From an uncultured bacterium (lineage in GTDB: Bacteria > Chloroflexota > UBA5177 > JANWHV01), in contig CAVSOU010000008.1 in assembly GCA_963729625.1 (NCBI GenBank), positions 864,001-928,000 of the forward strand: DNA of 64,000 nucleotides, written 5' to 3'. A program made the translations under genes and the position numbers. Under the pieces are notes generated by a model. That model ran no database searches. It saw nothing but the letters and a program-made list of their open reading frames with translations, and was not told where the DNA came from. How positions within the stretch are numbered: the stretch's first letter is position 1; each line of letters opens with the position of its first letter. Shown one piece after another: positions 48,523 to 58,004 of this stretch.

Positions 48523-50433
48523 GTGTCCGTAGTACTGGTTGATTCGCTCCTGTCAGCGCGACTGTTTCTCGTTCCACAGCTTGCCGGCGAGCGCCTCTAC
48601 TTCGTGAGTAACATGAGCGGACGGCTGAGTCTGTACGCCATGGACGCAAGCGGAAGTGTACCGGAACCGCTGTTGCCTCCCGGCATTGCGCTGCAGAATC
48701 CTGAGCTGGTCGGCGGGCATTTGTTTCGCGTGTGCGCGGATCTGGGCGTTATCTGCGTGATGATCGATCGGGATGGCGACGAGAACTACCAGCCAATGGT
48801 TATCCCGCTTGATGGAGGTATACCGGAGTCCGCATTCAGCGATCACTTTGCGGATTGCCGCGTGCATCTTGAAGGCGGCGACGTCGAAACTGGGATCGTG
48901 TACCTCGTTGCCGAGATGCGCCACGAATCACTGAGCACCGCGTACCAGGCCGACCTGAGGACGCGCGAGCTCACGCCGATGTTTGCCAGTCGGTACAGCC
49001 TCAACGTGCGAGCATGGTCCGAGGATCACGTCTGTGCGGCCATCACCGAAGAGTACTCAGTCGGCGACGTCGTGCTCAGGCTGTGGGACAGAGCTCGGAA
49101 CGGCGCCCGGTTGCTGTTCGGAACGCCGATTGAGGAACGCGGGCAGTCCAAGGACGTTCCTCTCACCGGCTTCAGCTCTGGGTGTTTCACGGACGACCAG
49201 CGTAGCTATCTCTGCGTTACGGGCATTTTCGACGACACGTTCGGCCTGGGGCGCATCCATCTCGATGCTCCTCACATGATCGACCCGGTGCGAATCCTGA
49301 ACGCCCGGCATGAAGGAAGGGGCATCCTTGTCTCGATTCAGCGGCTGAAGAACGACCGCTACCTGGCCGGCTACAATATCGATGGAAGCTCCTGGCTCTA
49401 CGAAGGCAGGATCGACGAAGCGACGCTCGAGCTGACGCTCGCGCGTACGCTTTGCGGCACCGAATCGCTCGCTGATGGCGTGCTGGAGTCTACGCACTAT
49501 GACACGTCGAGTGATCGGCTTGCTTTTTCTTTCTCCAACGCGGTTTCGCCGACACAGCTGTTCGTCGTCGACCGTTCCTCCGCAAGCATTCCGCGCCAGT
49601 TGACGCGCGAGCGCGTGTTGGCTGTGCCGCGAGCACATCTATCGCGCGGAGAAGACGCGTCGTTTACGTCGTTCGATGGTCTCAGCATTTCCGCTCGGCT
49701 CTACATGCCCGCGCCTGCCCTCGGTTTTGAAGGACCGCGACCGCTCGTCTACTATATCCACGGCGGTCCTCACAGCCAGGAACGACCGGACTTCGCCTGG
49801 TTCTCCATGCCGTTGATTCAGATTCTCACGCTGAATGGCTTCGCCGTGTTCGTCCCCAATGTGCGGGGCAGCAACGGCTATGGGCTCTCTTTTGTGAAGA
49901 AAGTGGATCGTGACTGGGGCGGCGCTGATCGGCTTGACCACGTGCATGCGATGCGAATTCTTGGCAGTGACCAGCGTCTTGACGTGACTCGCGCAGGCGT
50001 CGTCGGTCGCTCCTATGGCGGGTACATGACGCTCACCCTGGCCGCGCGCCACCCCGAGCTGTGGTCCGCTGCTGTCGACATGTTTGGACCATACGATCTG
50101 CTCACCTTCCTGGAACACATACCACCGACCTGGCGACCCGAGTTCAAGATCATGCTCGGGGACGCGGTACACGACCGAGACTTTCTCGTCGAGCGGTCGC
50201 CGGTCACCTACATTGGCAATGTGTCCTGCCCGATGCTGGTAATCCAAGGGAAGAACGATCCGCGCGTCGTCGAATCGGAATCACGCGCGGTGGTGGCGTC
50301 GCTTCGAGCGATGGGGAAGAGCGTCGAGTATCTGCTCTTCGAGAACGAAGGTCACGATGTTCTGAAGCACGAGAATCGGGTGACCTGCTACAGCGCAATC
50401 ACCGGCTTCTTCGCCAGGCACCTCCGGCCATAG
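48523..50433 (+). CDS. S9 family (acylaminoacyl/prolyl oligo) peptidase
   Basis: IHGGP, PNVRGS.GYG, GRSYGG (Ser), NDPRV (Asp), EGH (His). Confidence 0.93.
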   Translation: MSVVLVDSLLSARLFLVPQLAGERLYFVSNMSGRLSLYAMDASGSVPEPLLPPGIALQNPELVGGHLFRVCADLGVICVMIDRDGDENYQPMVIPLDGGIPESAFSDHFADCRVHLEGGDVETGIVYLVAEMRHESLSTAYQADLRTRELTPMFASRYSLNVRAWSEDHVCAAITEEYSVGDVVLRLWDRARNGARLLFGTPIEERGQSKDVPLTGFSSGCFTDDQRSYLCVTGIFDDTFGLGRIHLDAPHMIDPVRILNARHEGRGILVSIQRLKNDRYLAGYNIDGSSWLYEGRIDEATLELTLARTLCGTESLADGVLESTHYDTSSDRLAFSFSNAVSPTQLFVVDRSSASIPRQLTRERVLAVPRAHLSRGEDASFTSFDGLSISARLYMPAPALGFEGPRPLVYYIHGGPHSQERPDFAWFSMPLIQILTLNGFAVFVPNVRGSNGYGLSFVKKVDRDWGGADRLDHVHAMRILGSDQRLDVTRAGVVGRSYGGYMTLTLAARHPELWSAAVDMFGPYDLLTFLEHIPPTWRPEFKIMLGDAVHDRDFLVERSPVTYIGNVSCPMLVIQGKNDPRVVESESRAVVASLRAMGKSVEYLLFENEGHDVLKHENRVTCYSAITGFFARHLRP

Positions 50434-50599
50434 TTGAGGCCGCGACCGGGCTGGTCGGTCTCAGACCGTCGATCTGGACGGCTTCTCGGATCCGGACAAT
50501 CTCGAGCCGAGAGCAACCGCAGGTTCGCGGGCCTGGAGACAGGTCAGCGCCCCGGAGCAGGCCAGGGCGCTGAAGGACCGCAGGGAGGGCTCTCAGATA

Positions 50600-50803
50600 T
50601 CAGGAAGGACCTTTGATCAAGGGGTGCTTTCGGTGCCCGCCGCGGACGTCCCGCGACGATGAAATATCATATGCGAAAATGCTTCGCCCGAGGACTGGGC
50701 GATATGACCCAGTCACCGCCTCACGCTTGTCGGCCGGGATTTGACGAAGTCGCTTCTGCAACGCGGATTCCACAGGCTCGGCTTCGACTTCCAGGATTGT
50801 CAT
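50600..50803 (-). CDS. Small hypothetical protein (67 aa)
   Basis: GAAGGA RBS 8 nt before ATG. MTILEVEAEPVESALQKRLRQIP... Confidence 0.45.
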   Translation of the reverse strand: MTILEVEAEPVESALQKRLRQIPADKREAVTGSYRPVLGRSIFAYDISSSRDVRGGHRKHPLIKGPS

Positions 50804-50923
50804 CGGTTGCGTCCTTCGTTTTACGATAGTGCACGCTTGCGTCGATGTCACGCGTCTCATGCACGTATAGACGACGTCGATACACGCATTGTGGCGTGCC
50901 ATTGGAGTGGTCGAAAGTAGGGT

Positions 50924-50973
50924 TGTGGACAAGTACCGGCGCAACTCGCGCAGATGCGGGCAAGTTGTCCACA
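50924..50973. promoter_or_regulatory. Two inverted DnaA-box-like 9-mers (TTGTCCACA)
   Basis: TGTGGACAA at 50924-50932 and TTGTCCACA at 50965-50973. Confidence 0.55.
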
Positions 50974-50993
50974 TAGGCGACCAGGTCGACGAC

Positions 50994-51896
50994 CTACCGG
51001 CCGCCAACGATCACGAGTACCGCGACGACAAGCGGCCAGCACAAATTGAAGAGCGATTCGCCGACACTGCCGGTGCGAACGCGAACGCTGCGGGGAAGCA
51101 AGTGCAGACTGGACCGCGATTCACCCGGCCACCACAGCGGTATGCCGCGAATTGTAAGCGCGTCTGCCACCAAGTGTGAGATATAGCCGAATCCAAATGC
51201 CGCGCCGATGCCGGGTAGTGCTGGAACCAGTGCGGGCCCAAGCGCGATCGACAGCAGGCAGAGCGCGATCGCCGCGGGAGGCGCATGCGTCCAGCCTCGA
51301 TGGTGTCCTGGCAAGCGATTGACGAGACCAGACACTCCGCCGGCCGCGACGAGGGCCGCGGCCGCTCCAATCGAGCCGATCGCCAGGGCATAGGCTTGCC
51401 GCCACTGCTCCTCCCACACGAGCAAGCCTTCTGGCGGCAACCAGCGTGCCACGACCGCCTCGGCGCCGGCCAGGAGGGCCAGCAGCCATAAGAGCAGCGT
51501 GAAGGGCCGGTCGAGGCGCCCGGCATAGCCGCCGAGCAAGGCCGACATGAGGCGGCCACCGGCGTTTGCGGCGGAAAGCGTCAACCGCACTGGGCCGCAG
51601 CCGGGCGCTCGGCTCATGCCGATGCCCGCGCGCTGGAGCGCGCGGCTTTGGCGAGCAGGCAGTCGCGTGACCAGCGAACCCGGCTGATCGATATCGGGAA
51701 GCACGCTACCCAGTCCGGCGGCAGCGACGAGGGCGATCCAGACGGCAGGACTGAATTGAGGAACGCTCAGGGCGCGCGATCCTGCCAACGTGTATGTGAC
51801 GTGGTCGTATCGGTGTGCTGAACCCGCGATTCCCGTGAGCGCTGCAAGGGGTGCGGATGTCGCCACCCCGAAGGCAAGGTGGGTCCGTCCAAGCAT
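50994..51896 (-). CDS. YdjM-like membrane-bound metal-dependent hydrolase
   Basis: MLGRTH, GSVLPDID, HRGWTH, GYISHLVAD, GIPLWWP. Confidence 0.88.
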   Translation of the reverse strand: MLGRTHLAFGVATSAPLAALTGIAGSAHRYDHVTYTLAGSRALSVPQFSPAVWIALVAAAGLGSVLPDIDQPGSLVTRLPARQSRALQRAGIGMSRAPGCGPVRLTLSAANAGGRLMSALLGGYAGRLDRPFTLLLWLLALLAGAEAVVARWLPPEGLLVWEEQWRQAYALAIGSIGAAAALVAAGGVSGLVNRLPGHHRGWTHAPPAAIALCLLSIALGPALVPALPGIGAAFGFGYISHLVADALTIRGIPLWWPGESRSSLHLLPRSVRVRTGSVGESLFNLCWPLVVAVLVIVGGR

Positions 51897-52378
51897 CTAG
51901 GGGCGCCCGAACGCGGAGAGGCCGGGGGCACGAGTGCGTGCGCTGCCGTCGTGCTCCTTGCGCCGGTGCTGCACGCACTGCAGACGGCGGTCAGGGTGAT
52001 GCGTCGTCGAGCCGTTTGCGACCATATGGTTCCATCCTTTGATGACGCGGCGGCGTTCCGCGCCTCCACATTGTATACGGCGAAGGAGGAGGCACGCCGC
52101 CCAGCACGGTCCTCGAGATGCGAGCATTCGCGGGAGCCGTTCCGCTTCAGTTCTGTGTGAGATTGTGATGTAACGATGGCTCACGGCCTGCCCGTGCTTG
52201 TACTATGCACGTGTGGATCTGCTCGGTGTGCTGACTGGGGACGGCGGATGAATCGGCGTGCAGGCTGATCGGGTAATGGGCGGGGTCAACAGCAACAGCA
52301 TCTTTGCGTGGCCAGCAGTGGCTAGGCGCTTGACGCCCGATCGAGTGAGGTGCGGAGAAAACGGCGTTAGGGCGTGAG

Positions 52379-53317
52379 ATGGACGTGACCAAGGCGCAAG
52401 GGCAGTCGACGGAGGTTTCCCAAGTCGTTGCGTCGCCACGTGCCATGCCGGCCTTGATCCTGAAGGCCATGCGACCGCGACAGTGGACCAAGAACCTGCT
52501 CTGCGCGGCTGCGTTGGTCATGGCGAATCGGTACAGAGACGGCGTTTCGGACCTCAGAATGTTGCTCTGCGTCGTGCTCTTCTGCGCGCTTTCCGGCACG
52601 GTGTACTTGCTCAATGACTCGCTCGACGTCGAGCAGGACCGATTGCACCCCACCAAGCGCTTCCGACCGGTGGCATCCGGCCGGTTGCCGGTTCGCGTGG
52701 CCCAGGCGGCAGCGGCGGTGATCGGCGTTTGCAGCCTGCTGGTGAGCCTCAGCCTTGGCTATCCCTTCCTTGAGACGGCGGCCGCATACATGGTCTTGCA
52801 GCTTGGCTATATCTTCTATTTCAAGCATGAGGTGCTGCTGGATGTGTTTGCCATCGCGCTCGGCTATGTGCTCCGCGCGGCAGCGGGTGCGGTAGCGATA
52901 CGTGTCGAGATTTCCGTCTGGCTGTACCTGTGCACGATCCTCGGCGGTCTCTTCCTGGCGCTTGGCAAGCGCAGGGGAGAACTGATCGAATTGGAGGATC
53001 TGGCTGCCGACCATCGGCGTAATCTGGGCGAATACAGTCTGGCGCTTGTCGACCAGCTGATCACCATCGTGTCTTCGTCGACGATCGTCGCCTACTCGCT
53101 GTACACGTTCACTGCGCCGAACCTTCCGGCGAATCATCAGATGATGGTTACGGTTCCCTTCGCCGTGTATGGCGTGTTTCGGTATCTGTATCTGGTACAC
53201 GAGCGCGGGCAGGGGGGCAGTCCCGAGGAAGTACTGCTACGCGACCATTCGCTGCAAGTCTGCATAATCTTGTGGGGTCTGATAGCGATCGCCGTGGTGA
53301 GTAGGCTTGGCTCGTAA
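52379..53317 (+). CDS. UbiA family polyprenyl-phosphate phosphoribosyltransferase (DPPR-synthase-like)
   Basis: RPRQWTKN, NDSLDVEQDRLHPTKRFRPVASG, GKRRGEL, YGVFRYLYL. Alternative start at 52445. Confidence 0.9.
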   Translation: MDVTKAQGQSTEVSQVVASPRAMPALILKAMRPRQWTKNLLCAAALVMANRYRDGVSDLRMLLCVVLFCALSGTVYLLNDSLDVEQDRLHPTKRFRPVASGRLPVRVAQAAAAVIGVCSLLVSLSLGYPFLETAAAYMVLQLGYIFYFKHEVLLDVFAIALGYVLRAAAGAVAIRVEISVWLYLCTILGGLFLALGKRRGELIELEDLAADHRRNLGEYSLALVDQLITIVSSSTIVAYSLYTFTAPNLPANHQMMVTVPFAVYGVFRYLYLVHERGQGGSPEEVLLRDHSLQVCIILWGLIAIAVVSRLGS

Positions 53318-54287
53318 GCTTTTCCTCTCGGTATTCTTTGGGCTCATCGTGCTCAGCGCCCTCGCCTTGATCGGCGACGCGCCGCGTGTTGCCAACGCAC
53401 TGCGCCGGTTCCCGCCGGGATACCTACCGCCCATCCTTATGCTGACGCTCTGGAACTACGCGCTGCGCTTTGTAAAGTGGCACATGTACCTGCACAGGCT
53501 TCGCATTGCCATCGTGTTTGCCGACAGCATTGGGATATTCCTCTGCGGCCTCTCCATGGCGATCACCCCGGGCAAGGCAGGCGAGCTACTCAAGAGCATT
53601 CTCTTGCGCCGGCGCGTGGGCACGCCACTTACGACGTCGGCACCAGTAGTGCTGGCCGAGCGACTGACCGATGGCCTTGCGATGATGGGACTTGCGGCCA
53701 GCGGCCTGATCCTGTATCGACGAGCCGTGCCGCCGATCGTGGTGCTGTTGATCGTGTTTGCGGCAATCGTCGCCGTGTCGCAGGCTCCATTTGTGCGCAC
53801 CCACATGCTGCCCTGGCTGCAGGCACATCCTCGCCTTGCCAGACGCGCGGACGAGATCGGGCGCCTCTTCGCCAGTGCGCGACTTCTCTTGGCGCCGGAC
53901 ATGCTTGTTGCGGCTGTATGCATCGGTCTCATCTCGTGGAGCGGCGAATGCATCGCGTTCTACCTGGTGCTCCATGGCCTCGGTATGGGCACAGGGTGGG
54001 AGCTATTGATCCAGGCGGCATTTGTGCTTGCTGTGTCGACCCTGATAGGCTCCGCGTCGCTCTCGCCTGGTGGGCTTGGGTCAGCGGAAGCCAGCTCAGC
54101 GGCATTGCTGGTGGCCGTGACCCACACGCAGCTCACGACCGCAGTGGCGGCCACGCTGCTGATTCGGCTGTGTACGCTCTGGTTCGGCGTGTGCGTGGGC
54201 CTCGCGTCACTGTGGTTCTATCGGCATCGGCTCGGAGGATGGCAGGAGCCTGAATCTGCTTCTTCAGCTGCCTCGCAGCCGACCTGA
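53307..54287 (+). CDS. LPG_synthase_TM (flippase-like) membrane protein
   Basis: RFVKW, TPGKAGELLK, ERLTD, PGGLGSAE, RLCTLW. Confidence 0.88.
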   Translation: MARKLFLSVFFGLIVLSALALIGDAPRVANALRRFPPGYLPPILMLTLWNYALRFVKWHMYLHRLRIAIVFADSIGIFLCGLSMAITPGKAGELLKSILLRRRVGTPLTTSAPVVLAERLTDGLAMMGLAASGLILYRRAVPPIVVLLIVFAAIVAVSQAPFVRTHMLPWLQAHPRLARRADEIGRLFASARLLLAPDMLVAAVCIGLISWSGECIAFYLVLHGLGMGTGWELLIQAAFVLAVSTLIGSASLSPGGLGSAEASSAALLVAVTHTQLTTAVAATLLIRLCTLWFGVCVGLASLWFYRHRLGGWQEPESASSAASQPT

Positions 54288-54524
54288 CAGAGCGAGTGAG
54301 CGGCAAGCTCACGGAGTGCATCGTCGCGGAGCGGGAAACGGGACTTTCACGCAGGGAGCAGGGAGCTCCGAGATCCATGTCCCAGCGGTTGGCCCGGCCC
54401 ATACGATGTGTGTGAGTAAGGGTGAGATGTCCGCACTCGCTTGACCGCAAGCGTGAATGGCTGGGTATACTATCACGGCACGCCATGGAAACGCGGGGTG
54501 CCGGCGAGCCTGCCAAGGACGGAT

Positions 54525-55871
54525 ATGCTTCAAGAAGACGACTGGACCTACGGGCCCAACGGGCTGCCCATGGAGGTCCCGAGCCTGCACACGCAGCCGA
54601 CGCTTGTCCTGGCACCCGTCCCAATGCCACGCCCGCCAAAGAAGAAGCGACGATGGTTGCTTCGTATCGGTCTCGTTCTACTGTGCCTGTTCGTCGTCCT
54701 AGTTGGAAGCTTCGGGTTCTTCTGGGTTGACCCGCCCGCGCTCGGCTGGATTAGCCAGCCGTTTCTGCCATCGGCTTCCAACGTCGTTCCGTGGAACGGG
54801 TCTGATCCTATCAATATTCTTGCTCTGGGAGAAGACCAACGGTATCCAGGTGAGAAGACGCATTCCGACACGATCATTGTCATGACCGTCAATCCGAGCA
54901 ACGGGAAAGTGCGCCTGGTCTCGATACCGCGCGATCTCGCGGCGAGTGTTCCCGGCTATGGAGAGATGAGCAAGATCAACGAGGGGAATTATCTTGGCGG
55001 TCCAAGATACGAGGCATACACGATTGAGCACGCGCTGGGCATTCCGATCAATTACTATGTGGTTCTGCGGTTTCAGACATTCAAGACCGTGATAGACGCG
55101 CTCGGCGGTGTCGATATCAACGTCGACCAGAAGATAGACGATCCGACCTACCCGGCATTGCAGGGTAATGGGTATGCTCCTCTGCACCTCAATCCGGGTA
55201 TGCAGCACATGGATGGAGCGACTGCGCTGGCCTATGTACGCGAGCGACACTCGTACACGACGGGCGATGAGGTGCGGGTCCAGCATCAGCAGCAGCTGAT
55301 CTCGGCGATGAAATCGCAGGCGCTTCGGCCCGGCACGCTGTTCCGCCTCCCGGCCATTTACAACGCGGTGCGCAATGCGTTCCAGACGAATTTGCCGGGC
55401 AGCATGCTGCCCGTGGTCTTTCTGGAGATGATCAAGTCCGGGAGCATGGAGCACGTCTATTTCAGCGACACAAACGGGATGGTGACGCAGTGCATTGGAT
55501 ATGACGCCGGTGCCGATCTCTGTCCTACGCCCGCCTTCCAGCCGCGCATCAGCGAGCTGTTCCAACAGCAGCCACTCGACAACGAACATGCGACGGTGTT
55601 CATTCAGAACGGAAGCCATCTCGCGGGCGAGGCTGCGGCCGTGGCTGCTACGCTTGCGACCTGCCATCTCAACGTCGTTGGTAGCGGTAACGCCGACACG
55701 AACGACCATGCGCACACCGCAGTGATCGTCAACAGCGCGTACCCTGCCGCACCGTACACAACGCGGCTGCTGCGGCAGATGTTCCAGGCTCGGTTACTGA
55801 CGATGCGCATGCCCGAGACACATGCGCAGATCGTGCTGCTGCTTGGCAACGACGTGCCGCAAGTGCAATAG
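54525..55871 (+). CDS. LCP (LytR-CpsA-Psr) family glycopolymer transferase with LytR_C domain
   Basis: TM helix, INILALGED, SDTIIV, SIPRD, KIN, ALAYVRER, C-terminal IQNGS...GNAD...LLGND. Confidence 0.92.
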   Translation: MLQEDDWTYGPNGLPMEVPSLHTQPTLVLAPVPMPRPPKKKRRWLLRIGLVLLCLFVVLVGSFGFFWVDPPALGWISQPFLPSASNVVPWNGSDPINILALGEDQRYPGEKTHSDTIIVMTVNPSNGKVRLVSIPRDLAASVPGYGEMSKINEGNYLGGPRYEAYTIEHALGIPINYYVVLRFQTFKTVIDALGGVDINVDQKIDDPTYPALQGNGYAPLHLNPGMQHMDGATALAYVRERHSYTTGDEVRVQHQQQLISAMKSQALRPGTLFRLPAIYNAVRNAFQTNLPGSMLPVVFLEMIKSGSMEHVYFSDTNGMVTQCIGYDAGADLCPTPAFQPRISELFQQQPLDNEHATVFIQNGSHLAGEAAAVAATLATCHLNVVGSGNADTNDHAHTAVIVNSAYPAAPYTTRLLRQMFQARLLTMRMPETHAQIVLLLGNDVPQVQ

Positions 55872-56040
55872 GGGCTGTGTCATTCGGGGTGTGGCGGTGG
55901 TCCGCGGGAATTCCGGGGGAAGCTCAGCGCGCAATTGTCCGGCGAGTTCGCAGGTCAGTCGGGCCGCACTTGCGATGGGCAGGCCGGCGTGGTAGGATCT
56001 CCCCATTGGGCCGGCGCCTCGGGATAGCGCGCGGCTGAAT

Positions 56041-56113
56041 GCGGGTGTAACTCAGTTGGCAGAGTGTCTGCTTCCCAAGCAGAATGTCGCCGGTTCGAGC
56101 CCGGTCACCCGCT
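56041..56113 (+). tRNA. tRNA-Gly (anticodon CCC), CCA not encoded
   Basis: Acceptor GCGGGTG/CACCCGC, D arm CTCAGTTGGCAGAG, anticodon arm TCTGC-TTCCCAA-GCAGA, T loop GGTTCGAG. Confidence 0.97.
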
Positions 56114-56603
56114 CTCTAAACGTGTCAAAATCGCTCTTTTTCGACCTGGAGGATCTGTCTTCCCCGCCGCTTCCCCGCCAGACGTCGCGGCGACTGCCGC
56201 GGGAAGGCGCCTGAGAGCCTCTCCAAAGCGCCATGGGCCGGCCTTGATGGCATGGCCTGAGTGTCATGCGGCAGCGGTTTTCTCTTGAACGCCGGTCGTC
56301 CGTGTCATGTGCCCCACGCGCGCAGCGCGGGACAGGCCGTCTGAGTGTCTGCCGTTGCGAACAGGGTAATGAAGGGCCTGGAGTCGGCACACAACATGCA
56401 ATCTCGATGCTTTGGCCATGTATGAAATCTCGGGGCGACGCATGAGTATGCTGTTGACCGATTGCACTGCGCAGGCGTGATCTCGACCTAGCACCCGCCG
56501 GGAAGCAGCCTCCACTTTGAGGCTTGGGCCGTTATCTGAAACTTCGGCAGGCGTCCAGCGCGCCCTCGAACGCGGCGATCGCTCGGCTAGAGACTGCAAA
56601 CGG

Positions 56604-57576
56604 CTATCGTTTGCCTACACGCCGAACACTTGGCGCACGCGTTCGATCGGTGACGAAGGCCTGCACGTCGGGGTAACGAGCGTCAGCACTCATGCTCAGG
56701 GCGCGCGCCAACGCGGACTCAACGGCCGGGTTCAATTCTGGCACGAGGTCACACGCTGGCGGGAACTGGAACGGCATATGCCGCTTCGGGTCCCTGCCGG
56801 TGAGCATGTGATTCAGACTTGCAGCGAGCGCGTACTGGTCTGGCCGCGGCTCCGCCATGCCCTGGTACAGTTCAGGTGGTGCGTAGCCCGGCGTCCCGAT
56901 CGTGGTACCGCCTGTTGCCATGGCTGGCCTCGCCACGCCGAAATCGATGAGCATAACCTGCCCATCCGGACGGAGCATGAAGTTCTCCGGTTTGAGATCG
57001 CGGAACACGGTAGGTGGAACGCGACTGTGCAGGTAATCGAGCGCCTCGGCCAACTGCTTTGCCCACCCAAGGACCTCCGACTCGGGTAATCCCGGCGCAC
57101 CTCGCGACGCGATCTCGCTCTCAACGGTCCTGCCCGGTACCATCTGCAGGACAAGTCAGCCACTCGTCTGCTCCTCCAACCAGTCCTTAATGTCGCTGAT
57201 ATGCGGATGGGAAAGGCTAGCCAAGATGGTCGCTTCGCGCTGGAACAATACACGCCCTTGCGGCGCAGCGTCCGGCAATGGTATGTGCTTCAGCGCGCAT
57301 GCTCGGCACGCGAGGCGTTCATCAACAGCCCGCCTGTCACACACTGCCCATGTTGCCGGAGCCAAGGCGAGAACCCACGCGGTAACGACCGCCAACGAGC
57401 AGGCCAGGTTGAACGACTACCGTCTGTGGTCCCTGCGGCCCACGCGTTGGCTGAGCCTGGACAACTCCAGCGTTCTCGCTGCTTGGCGCTGCAGCGAGCG
57501 AGATTCCGTAGTGCGGGCACTGTTTGTCCGAGGCGATCACTGGCCGGCCGCACGATGGTCAGGCACCACTTGCCAT
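56604..57576 (-). pseudogene. Zinc ribbon + Hanks-type Ser/Thr kinase pseudogene
   Basis: GGAGG RBS, MASGA*PSCG...QCPHYG, GRY...LGSGNMGSV, ALK, REATIL..LSHP, FRDLKPEN, IDFG, GTPGYAPPE. Stops at 57559, 57337 (with frameshift) and 57156. Confidence 0.9.
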
Positions 57577-58004
57577 GGCCACCCCTCCGAGATTGGGGCT
57601 AGGGAAGAAGAGACGGCGGTCGCCATCCGGAACATCAGCTGTGCGATATCCAGCGTGCCTAGTAGCCAGACGCAGCAATAATACGCTTGCGCACGTACTT
57701 ATGCCAATAGGCGACGCGACGCCGAATTGGCAGCGTACGGTCAAGACGATGCCAGGAACCTGGCGGGCGCTGGGACCTCGCCAATACGAAAGTCTCCGCT
57801 AGTCAGAGCCTACCCTGCACGCTCAGTCGCTGGTTGCTCAATGCCAGAGCCCACCAGAGATAGGCCGGATCGGCGCACAAACGTCGCGGTCCATCAGTCC
57901 TCTGGGCGTTGCGTGCCAATCCCTCGCTGTGAGCAACCAGCGTTAAGAAGCGAGGTGGCTCAAGGGCCACCTCGTTGTGCGCAGGCCTGGCGTACACTCT
58001 CAGG

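Noticed and set aside
50500-50612. Glycine-riboswitch-like words (GGAGA...CTGAAGGA...CTCTCAG)
   Set aside because: The match is partial, there is no downstream gene on that strand, and it lies between convergent gene ends.
50924-50973. oriC
   Set aside because: Only two boxes, no AT-rich unwinding element and no dnaA/dnaN nearby.
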